From Silvanigrellaceae bacterium (GTDB lineage Bacteria; Bdellovibrionota_B; Oligoflexia; Silvanigrellales; Silvanigrellaceae), in NCBI GenBank assembly GCA_049423385.1, contig JBMSQQ010000020.1, forward strand, positions 1 through 42,636: 42,636 nt of DNA. Direction: 5' to 3'. The translations under genes and the position numbers were made by a program. The notes under the pieces are model-generated. The model did no database searches. It was not told the origin of the DNA and worked only from the letters and a program-made list of their open reading frames with translations. Below, in pieces: positions 34,887 through 42,636 of the stretch; the first letter of the stretch is position 1; the number at the start of each line of letters is the position of its first letter.

Positions 34887-37445
34887 TTGACAGACCTTCG
34901 CGCACTTCTGAAAAAATTTCGTTCCTTTCGTTGGATTGGAAAAATCGCGAGTCTCTTTCTTTTCGCGGGTGCCCTGTGGATGGGACACAATGTCCTCAAG
35001 AACCAGGATCCGAACGCAATTCGAAATGCATTTGCACAGACCTCGGTGAATTCCATTTTTTTAGCAACAATGGCCACCACCGGTGCGTATTTCCTTTTGA
35101 TTCTTTTGGATCGGATTGCATTGTCAACTCGAGGTTTGAAGCTGAAATGGAAACGAATTGCAATGTCTGCAACCGTGGCAAATGCCTTGGGCAACTCTCT
35201 CGGAATGTCGGCAGTCACTGCCGGTGCTGTTCGTTGGCGTTTCTATTCGCGTTGGAATCTTGATGGAAAAGTCGTGGCACAGGTTGGTGGTCTTTCGTCC
35301 ATCAGCATTTGGCTTGGCTTTTGTCTGGCGTTCGGAATTTCGCTGTTTTTTGCTCCACCTTCATTGCCAGTGACTCCGGGTTGGTTTCCTTTTGCAGGAG
35401 GGGGCGCGCTTCTCGGTTTGGCAGCCTATTTCATGGCATGCCTGACTCAACGAAAAATCCAGCTCCTGCGTTGGAAACTTGATTTTCCAGATGTGAAAAT
35501 TGCTTTCCAGCAAGTGGTGATCGGATGCCTTGAATGGGTCTGCTTCGCAGCTGTCTTCAGGGCTTTGCTTCCCGCGGACCTGGCAATAAGCTTTCCTCAA
35601 TTCCTGCAAATTTTTTGCCTTGCGCAACTTGCGGGAATCGTCAGCCAGGTTCCGGGCGGCTTGGGAGTTTTTGATTCGACTCTCCTGTGGCTGCTCTCTT
35701 CCGCAACGCCTGGAGTTGAGCTGCTTGGCCCACTGTTGCTGTTTCGCGCCATATTATACGTATTTCCACTTTTGTTTGGTGGAATTGCCTTGGCAATTTT
35801 CGAATACTGGCATCGCCGCGCAGAAATCGCCCGCATCAAGGAAGCGACACAAAACTATGCATCTGGAATAGTCCCGTTTGTATTCGCAACGCTCGCTTTT
35901 GCGTCCGGTGTCGTTTTACTTTTCCTTGGCGCCACACCTCGCGCACAGTTCGGTTGGCTGGAACCGTATCTGCTGCTTCCGGTGGTGGAAGTTTCCCATT
36001 TTCTTGCAAGCCTGGCAGGCCTGGCCCTTCTTTATCTGGCGTGGGGCTTGAGTCGCCGCCTGGACGCTGCATATCTCATGACGCTTGGCACGCTTCTCTT
36101 CGGAGTGATTGCTTCGCTGTTCATGGGCATCGCGCCGTCTGCCATCTCCGGTTTGATTCTGGAACTTGTCATATTGATTCCCAGTCGTCGCTATTTTTAT
36201 CGCAAGACATCTCTTCTCCAGACACCCTTGAGTCTGGATTGGATCATTGCCATCGTTCTCGTTTTGACCGGCACCTACTGGCTTGGAAATTTCGCGTACA
36301 TCAACGACGATATTTCAACAGATCTCTGGTGGAAGTTTGCAATCTCCGGAGATGCACCACGATTTTATCGGAGCATGGTGGGAGTTGCCGTCGTTGCGAT
36401 CCTGTTCGGACTTTATCGGCTCCTTCGGGTGACCCAACCTCACCCGGATGAATTGGGTACGACCGACATGTCGCTCGTGGATGAAATCGTGAAGGCGAGT
36501 CCATCCTCGCACGCGAAGCTCGCCTACCTGGGCGACAAATCCTTTCTGCTGAGCAAGAGTAAAAAGGCTCTATTGATGTATGCTGTTCAGGGGCGAAGCT
36601 GGGTTGTCATGGGTGATCCGGTCGGACCTGTTGAAGAATGGCCAGACTTGATTTTCCAGTTCATGGATAAGTGTCGCCGCTATACTGCGCGTCCCGTTTT
36701 CTATCAGGTTCAACCGGAATTTCTCCATCTCTATCTTGATCACGGCATGAGCATTGCGAAGATTGGCGAGGAAGCACTCGTCCCCCTGAAGGATTTCAAT
36801 CTCGCGGGTGGGGCTCGTCAAAAGATTCGCAACACCCTGAAGAAGTGTGAAAAAGACGGCCTTGAATTTGAAGTGCTTCAGACATCAGACGCTGCAAGGT
36901 TCATGCCACATTTTCGAGCCATTTCCGACGAATGGCTGAGTTCAAAAAATGCCGCTGAGAAAAGTTTTTCGCTCGGTTCCTTCAATGAGGATTATCTGCG
37001 GAACTTTCCATTTGCAGTCGCAAAATTGCAGGGCGAGATCGTGGCCTTTGCAAACCTCTGGATTGGCGCAGAAAAGCGCGAACTCGCTCCCGATTTGATC
37101 CGCTACAGCAGCAAGGCTCCTCCTGGCGTGATGGATTTTCTTTTCATCCAAATGATTCTTTGGGGGCAAAAGGAAGCTTTCAATTCATTCAGCCTCGGAA
37201 TGGCTCCATTGTCGGGAATGAAGCAACAACCCTTTGCTCCACTTTGGCATCGGCTGGGTCGTTTGGTTTTCCGGTATGGTGAGCACTTTTACAACTTCCA
37301 GGGTCTGCGCCGATTCAAGGACAAATTTGCCCCCGAATGGCGTCCAATCTATATCGCAATGCCCAACCGCATGAGGTTCCCGAAGGTCCTCAAGGATCTG
37401 GTTCTGCTGGTGGGTGGCGGACCAATGTCGGTTTTGAAAAAATAA
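34887..37445 (+). CDS. mprF: Bifunctional lysyl-phosphatidylglycerol flippase/synthetase
   Basis: Multi-TM N-terminus (VPGGLGVFD, E.SHFLAS), LGDK, MGDPVG, KIGEEA, SLGMAPLSG, FYNFQGLRRFKDKF. Confidence 0.95.
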   Translation: MTDLRALLKKFRSFRWIGKIASLFLFAGALWMGHNVLKNQDPNAIRNAFAQTSVNSIFLATMATTGAYFLLILLDRIALSTRGLKLKWKRIAMSATVANALGNSLGMSAVTAGAVRWRFYSRWNLDGKVVAQVGGLSSISIWLGFCLAFGISLFFAPPSLPVTPGWFPFAGGGALLGLAAYFMACLTQRKIQLLRWKLDFPDVKIAFQQVVIGCLEWVCFAAVFRALLPADLAISFPQFLQIFCLAQLAGIVSQVPGGLGVFDSTLLWLLSSATPGVELLGPLLLFRAILYVFPLLFGGIALAIFEYWHRRAEIARIKEATQNYASGIVPFVFATLAFASGVVLLFLGATPRAQFGWLEPYLLLPVVEVSHFLASLAGLALLYLAWGLSRRLDAAYLMTLGTLLFGVIASLFMGIAPSAISGLILELVILIPSRRYFYRKTSLLQTPLSLDWIIAIVLVLTGTYWLGNFAYINDDISTDLWWKFAISGDAPRFYRSMVGVAVVAILFGLYRLLRVTQPHPDELGTTDMSLVDEIVKASPSSHAKLAYLGDKSFLLSKSKKALLMYAVQGRSWVVMGDPVGPVEEWPDLIFQFMDKCRRYTARPVFYQVQPEFLHLYLDHGMSIAKIGEEALVPLKDFNLAGGARQKIRNTLKKCEKDGLEFEVLQTSDAARFMPHFRAISDEWLSSKNAAEKSFSLGSFNEDYLRNFPFAVAKLQGEIVAFANLWIGAEKRELAPDLIRYSSKAPPGVMDFLFIQMILWGQKEAFNSFSLGMAPLSGMKQQPFAPLWHRLGRLVFRYGEHFYNFQGLRRFKDKFAPEWRPIYIAMPNRMRFPKVLKDLVLLVGGGPMSVLKK

Positions 37446-37465
37446 GCCAACCGAGGGTTTTGAAT

Positions 37466-39004
37466 TTACCTGGCCATCAACTGAACAACTTCGTGCACCG
37501 AATCGATAACGTTCTTCCACGATTCGGGTCCGAATGTAAAATGATCTCCCAGCGAATACCAGCCTCCAGGAGTCATTTTGACTTCCTGAATCTCCGGCAA
37601 CGGCTCGTTGCGTGGCAGGTTGAATCCCACCGGCATCAAGCCAATCCGCTCGCGCATCAATTGAATCCCCGGAGCTGCCGGACGCGCCTGCTGTGCGGCT
37701 TTCATGTGTGGTTCCGAAAGAAGTCTGAGTGCTGCCTTGCGGCAACGGTTGAGCGCCTCGCGAACAGACTGTGCGTGAAGTGAATCCTCGAAATCAATCG
37801 AAGTGAAGAAACCCAGCCGGTCGTTGCTCAGGCAAACGCCCTGCACGCGTTCCACAGGACACACCAGCCGCGCACCCGGGATCAACCATTCAAAATTGCA
37901 ATGTTGCAACAATGCCTGCCGCCAGTTGTCGTACTCAACCCACACCAACGAACGCGGGCGATGGCGCGCAACCAATCGCGAATGTTGCGCATGCAGCTGC
38001 TCGCGCGGAAGAATCGACAAGGTCTTCATCAGCGGTATCGCGAACACAACTTTGCGAGCATGAAATTGCCTTGCGGACTTTGAAAAAAGGTCGCCCACCT
38101 GCAAGCGTGTGGGATCGCCTTTTTTCGCGGGAACAAATGCGCGCACCAGTTCGGCCTGGGTTTGCACCTGCACTCCACGCGACAGCAGAACCGTTTCCAA
38201 AGCCAATTCCAGTCGTGCCCGGCGGGTGAACCAGACACTCGATTCGGAATTGTGTGTCTTCACAAATGCCTGAACCGAGCTGAGAACAACTGAAGTTGGC
38301 GTCCTGTCGAGCGGCCAGCCCAGAACAGTTTCAAGCAGTGGAGTGAGTGCTTCCTTTTGGACTTTGGGCAAATTGGCCCAGAACGAACTTGTTTCAAAAG
38401 GACCATCATTGTCGGGATTGATGTTTTCTCCCGATGCCATTGTCATCAGGGTTTCAGCTTCCTTGCGTGTGAGCATTTCTGAAGAACCAGAAAGGACCTC
38501 ACCAAGATCAGTGAATTCCTTTCTCACCAAATAGGTCTTGCGGATGAAGGGTGCCTCTGTCGAGACACGCTCGCGCACGAAGCCATCGACAAATTCGATT
38601 TCCTCATCAGACAAACTCATGCGTAAATGACGCTCGTAAACTTCAAGCGCCATCGGGTCGAAAAGTTCGAATCCGGGCCCACTGCTGTGTTGAAGCGCAT
38701 CACGATGGAATTGCTCTGCCAGCACCTGCGCGCGGGTCATTCCAGGGGGCGATGGCGGGGTTTGAAACAAACGTCCGCCCAGCGTGGTACGCGATTCGAG
38801 AAGAACCAATTTCTGCGCACCGCCCGTCTTCGACAATCGCAATGCAGCAAGCAGACCCGAAATTCCACCACCAACAATTGCATCGGGAAATGGAGCCACG
38901 TCGGCAGAAGAATTTTCAATCACCCCGGACAACAAGCGCTCGAGTGCTTCGCCGGATGGGCCCGTGCTTTGCAGAGAAAGCCAATCATCGTGAGTCAAAC
39001 TCAT
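37466..39004 (-). CDS. FAD-dependent oxidoreductase (amine oxidase/desaturase-like fold)
   Basis: IVGGGISGLLAA, LLESRTTLGGR, C-terminal LGDH; ATG 39004 overlaps the rsgA stop (ATGA). Confidence 0.75.
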   Translation of the reverse strand: MSLTHDDWLSLQSTGPSGEALERLLSGVIENSSADVAPFPDAIVGGGISGLLAALRLSKTGGAQKLVLLESRTTLGGRLFQTPPSPPGMTRAQVLAEQFHRDALQHSSGPGFELFDPMALEVYERHLRMSLSDEEIEFVDGFVRERVSTEAPFIRKTYLVRKEFTDLGEVLSGSSEMLTRKEAETLMTMASGENINPDNDGPFETSSFWANLPKVQKEALTPLLETVLGWPLDRTPTSVVLSSVQAFVKTHNSESSVWFTRRARLELALETVLLSRGVQVQTQAELVRAFVPAKKGDPTRLQVGDLFSKSARQFHARKVVFAIPLMKTLSILPREQLHAQHSRLVARHRPRSLVWVEYDNWRQALLQHCNFEWLIPGARLVCPVERVQGVCLSNDRLGFFTSIDFEDSLHAQSVREALNRCRKAALRLLSEPHMKAAQQARPAAPGIQLMRERIGLMPVGFNLPRNEPLPEIQEVKMTPGGWYSLGDHFTFGPESWKNVIDSVHEVVQLMAR

Positions 39005-40380
39005 TTGCCCGGTTCCTCCTCGTCGGCTTTCCCAACCCATTCAATCCCGTCAATTTTTTCCATCTCCCGCAGCTTTTCATCGCGCACCTGGCTGCGCGCA
39101 GCGATGTCCGCAATCACTTCTGCCTCGCTCGCATCGCCCTCACCTTCACGGAAGGAAATTCCCTTCAGCAGGCCAATGAAGCTGCGGTAGCGTTCTTGCG
39201 AAATACGACCATCCTCCACCGCATCCTTGATGCCACATTTGGGTTCGTGGTCGTGAGTACATTCGCGATAATGGCATCGGATTCCGCGAAACTCGGGAAA
39301 GCATTGGCTCAATGTTATGGAATCGAATCCATCAACAGAAAAAGCGCGCACACCTGGTGTATCGATGGCGTAGGCACCAATTCCCAGCTGAAGCAATGAG
39401 TTGTATGTGGTCGTGTGACGTCCCTTGTAAAAGATTTCCGGGTTGTCGTCGACGATCTGTTCGAACTCAGGCTTCATGAGGTTCAGCAAACTGCTTTTGC
39501 CGACACCGGAATGTCCGGCAAGACCTATCAACTTTCCTTTCAACATCTCGCGCAGGCGCTTCACCTCGGAAGTGGACTTGCGAGGATGCAACGCACAGAT
39601 CTCGAAAACGTCATAGCCAATCTGTTTATAAATCGACACGCGTTTGTTGTAGCGTTTGAGGAACTCCTCGGTTGCAAGCTTGGGGTTGTTCAACAAATCG
39701 ACCTTGTTGAGCACGATGGCCGCCGGCAATCCTTCCAGCTCCGCCTGGACAAGAAACCGATCAATGAGTCCCCAACGCACTTCCGGATGAAAAACAGAGG
39801 CAACAACCACCAGAAGGTCGATATTGGCCAACATCACATGCTCCCACTCGGGATTGAGGGGATCACGACGGGCAATGCGGCTGTGCCGAATGAAGGCGTG
39901 CTGTATGACCCCACGCGGGAGATCGGTGTCCTTGGGTTGGCCCTCGGAATCAAGAGTCACTTCAGCATCGGGTTCGAAAAGGATTTGGTCGCCAACCACA
40001 ACGAAGTTGCGTTCCTTGTGTGCGCGCTGAAAATGCCGTTTTGCGATGGAACACAACCACAACAGATCAGTCTGCGGCTTGCCGTCGCGATCTTCCTCGG
40101 CGACAAAGATGTTGCGCTTGTGCACCTCTATGACGCGCCCTCGCCGCTGGCCCGCAGCAGAAAGGCCCAAGAGTCTCTCGGAAAATTCGGATTCACTTTC
40201 TTCACCCTCCTTGAGGGCACGATCGACCAACCAATCGTCTACGGTGCGTCCCCGCACAGAGCGCTTTTGCTTTTTGATTTTTTCGATTTTCACAAGCCGG
40301 TCGCGCCGGCGGGAGTCCGCCTCGTCCAGATACTTGCGCCAGTCTCTTGCCATTGAGGATGTTTCCTTTATTTCTGGCAT
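39001..40380 (-). CDS. rsgA: Ribosome small subunit-dependent GTPase A
   Basis: ANID, NKVD, GHSGVGKSS, GRHTTT, DTPG, zinc finger CHYRECTHDHEPKC. Confidence 0.95.
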   Translation of the reverse strand: MPEIKETSSMARDWRKYLDEADSRRRDRLVKIEKIKKQKRSVRGRTVDDWLVDRALKEGEESESEFSERLLGLSAAGQRRGRVIEVHKRNIFVAEEDRDGKPQTDLLWLCSIAKRHFQRAHKERNFVVVGDQILFEPDAEVTLDSEGQPKDTDLPRGVIQHAFIRHSRIARRDPLNPEWEHVMLANIDLLVVVASVFHPEVRWGLIDRFLVQAELEGLPAAIVLNKVDLLNNPKLATEEFLKRYNKRVSIYKQIGYDVFEICALHPRKSTSEVKRLREMLKGKLIGLAGHSGVGKSSLLNLMKPEFEQIVDDNPEIFYKGRHTTTYNSLLQLGIGAYAIDTPGVRAFSVDGFDSITLSQCFPEFRGIRCHYRECTHDHEPKCGIKDAVEDGRISQERYRSFIGLLKGISFREGEGDASEAEVIADIAARSQVRDEKLREMEKIDGIEWVGKADEEEPGK

Positions 40381-40463
40381 GATTGTGTTTTGCCCATGCT
40401 AAACAATCCCGGCCACTTTGTCGCGTTTTTCCGGCGTGAAAAGCTCTTTTTGGGGTCTGCTCG

Positions 40464-42636
40464 ATGAACAACCTGGAACACGGCCCGTTGCGGCCAGGCC
40501 ACGAAAGCCAGAGCGAAGTTTGGGACAAGCCCGCTCTGTTGCACGATGCCCTCGAGAGGCTCGAATGGTTTCGCCTGACCGACGCCCTCGCCGAAATGGC
40601 GTCATTACAGCACACGAAGAAGCGACTTCGGGGACTGACTCCCTGGATGTCGCCTGGCGAGCGGAATTGGAATTTGCGCGCGACAGAGCGACTCCTCAAA
40701 CTGCATGTCGCCGGCGAAAGCATAACCCTGCTCTCTTTTGATGCATCTTATTTTGCCGATGCTGTCCGCCAGGGAGGCTTGCTGAATGGGCTCGGGCTCT
40801 ATCACCTCGGTCTCTTTTGCTCACAAATCGAACGGCTCGGGCAAAAGGCGCGCAATGAAGCGCGCAAACCCGAAGGCGGAGCACTTGGATCAGAACTCGC
40901 CGAGCTGCTCTCGCAACTGAAACAACAAACTTCACTGGCTCGCCGCCTGGCTCTGGCCGCCGATGAAAACGGACGCATTCTCGACAGCGCTTCAGACGAA
41001 TTGAAAAGTGCCAGGCAAAAGCATGATGCACTCACCCGCAAGATGACCCACAGCCTCGAAAACACCCTGAAGGTCCCCACAGTGCGCGACGCATTGCAGG
41101 ACACCGTCTGGATGATTCGCGATGGCCGTTATGTTTTGCCCGTGCGTGTCGATCGCAAATCCGATGTTCCCGGAATCGCGCGCGGTGTGAGTTCCTCCGG
41201 AAGCACCTTGTTCGTCGAACCCGCAGGACTTGGCGAATTGCAGGCCCAGCTCACTGCCGCTGAAAGTGACGTGATGTTGGCTGAAAATCGCGTTCTGCGT
41301 GCTTTTTCAGACGAAGCCTGGAGCCTGCGCGACGAACTCCTTTCGGCACTCGACGTTCTCGAAACATTCGATTGCGTCTCGGCGCGTGCTCGCCTGGCAG
41401 CACGCCTCCAAGGTGTCATGCCAACGTTTCACGAAGATGCCCAGGGAGCCCGATTTGAATTGTTCGACGCCCAACATCCGCTCTACATGTTGGAAGAAAA
41501 GCCCTGCATTGCAAACCACCTGCTGTTGCAGCCTGCCGCAACGAGCAAAGCATGCCCCCGTGTTTGGGTGCTTTCAGGACCCAATGCCGGCGGCAAGACG
41601 GTCGCCATGCGCACCGTTGGCCTGCAATGCGCAATGGCGCTCGCAGGACTTTTCGTTCCCTCGAGAAGAGCTGTTTTTTTTGAATTCGATTCCATTTACG
41701 TTGAAATGGGCGACAGGCAAGACAGACGCGAGGACTTGTCGACGTTCTCAGGACACCTCCTGCACGTTCGCCGAATATGTGAACTGACTGACAATCGTGC
41801 ACTGGTGCTGCTCGACGAAGGCTTCGTCGGAACCGACCCCTCGATTGGTTCTGCGATGGCACAGGCCACCCTCGAATCCTTGGCGGAGCGCGGCGCAACC
41901 AGCATTATCACCACACATTTTTCATCGCTGAAAACATTGGCAGACAAAAAACCGGATGTGTTTGCAAATGCCAGCATGGAATTCGAACCCGAACGCCTCA
42001 AGCCAACCTTTCATCTCCTCAATGGCGTTCCCGGACAAAGCTTTGCCATTGAACTCGCACGCCGGCTGAACTTTCCGGAAGATATCCTTGAGCGGGCCAA
42101 AAAATACCGAGGCGAGCGCGAGATCGAGATGGAAAATCTGCTTGCTGAACTTCAGCGCTCACGCTTTGCTCTGCGCCAGGAGCTTGATAAAAACAAGACC
42201 CTGAACAAGCAGCTCGAGGAAGAAGTCGAGTCGCTGCAAAGCCAACGCAAAACCCTCGGAAACCAACAGCAATCGCTTCTTCACGAATACAATTCAAAGC
42301 TTCAGAAGCGATTCAACGCTTTTGAAAACCGTCTCGAAATCCGTGCCCGCCAATTTGAACGCTCGCAACAACAATTATTGGCAGAACAACGCGCTCTTGC
42401 AGATCAATCTGCTGAGACACAGGTGACAGAAGACACACAGATCCCCGCAGGATCGGCGGGAACACAAAACAACGCGGCCGGCCGGATTTCAAACAAACCT
42501 CAACCTGTCGCCTCGAGCATTTCCGCGAAAGACGACAAGGACAAACGCAAACCACGAAGCCTGAGCGATTTTTCTCAGCTGGCCAATCTGCGCACCGAAC
42601 TTCCAACAAAGAAAACCACGTGGGAAGAAGAGGAAG
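40464..42636 (+). CDS. mutS2: Endonuclease MutS2, partial (runs off the right edge)
   Basis: Absent from the ORF track, presumably because no stop is reached. ATG 40464 then LERLEW, RDGRYVLPV, SSSGSTLFVEP, P-loop SGPNAGGKT (41574), LSTFSGH, LLDE..GTDP, IITTHF. Confidence 0.93.
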   Translation, partial: MNNLEHGPLRPGHESQSEVWDKPALLHDALERLEWFRLTDALAEMASLQHTKKRLRGLTPWMSPGERNWNLRATERLLKLHVAGESITLLSFDASYFADAVRQGGLLNGLGLYHLGLFCSQIERLGQKARNEARKPEGGALGSELAELLSQLKQQTSLARRLALAADENGRILDSASDELKSARQKHDALTRKMTHSLENTLKVPTVRDALQDTVWMIRDGRYVLPVRVDRKSDVPGIARGVSSSGSTLFVEPAGLGELQAQLTAAESDVMLAENRVLRAFSDEAWSLRDELLSALDVLETFDCVSARARLAARLQGVMPTFHEDAQGARFELFDAQHPLYMLEEKPCIANHLLLQPAATSKACPRVWVLSGPNAGGKTVAMRTVGLQCAMALAGLFVPSRRAVFFEFDSIYVEMGDRQDRREDLSTFSGHLLHVRRICELTDNRALVLLDEGFVGTDPSIGSAMAQATLESLAERGATSIITTHFSSLKTLADKKPDVFANASMEFEPERLKPTFHLLNGVPGQSFAIELARRLNFPEDILERAKKYRGEREIEMENLLAELQRSRFALRQELDKNKTLNKQLEEEVESLQSQRKTLGNQQQSLLHEYNSKLQKRFNAFENRLEIRARQFERSQQQLLAEQRALADQSAETQVTEDTQIPAGSAGTQNNAAGRISNKPQPVASSISAKDDKDKRKPRSLSDFSQLANLRTELPTKKTTWEEEE

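Noticed and set aside
40399..42609. Numerous short ORFs listed at the right end
   Set aside because: All are shadows of the plus-strand mutS2 frame starting at 40464.

Overview
Gene-dense bacterial chromosome segment. The many orphan lipoproteins and the signalling genes suggest a Bdellovibrionota/Oligoflexia-like organism, but that is inference only. The standout is a tightly coupled minus-strand operon (7520 to the left edge, at least 9 genes). It encodes a MotA/MotB stator pair, a signal-peptide- and TM-anchored protein whose cytoplasmic part resembles FliG middle and C-terminal domains, two paralogous CxxC envelope proteins (one ending in an outer-membrane barrel signal) and several lipoproteins. 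No flagellar rod, hook, filament or export genes are in the window, so this is a candidate non-flagellar trans-envelope motor. A PilZ gene is transcribed divergently from it. Other unusual items: a degenerate KdsA paralog coupled to kdsA; an 868-aa lipoprotein with a trypsin-like triad split by very large insertions; a Cys-nucleophile alpha/beta hydrolase; a three-lipoprotein operon with a cytochrome c; and several sigma-28-like promoters. Recognisable housekeeping and accessory genes: kdsA, a START protein, 7TM-DISM/SpoIIE, a DmeF-like CDF transporter, a CHASE2 adenylate cyclase, folD, ppc, an EptA-like transferase, proB, proA, an SPFH protein, mprF, an FAD oxidoreductase, rsgA and a partial mutS2. 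No rRNA, intact tRNA, CRISPR array or mobile element was seen. All family calls come from motifs read by eye; no database searches were run.
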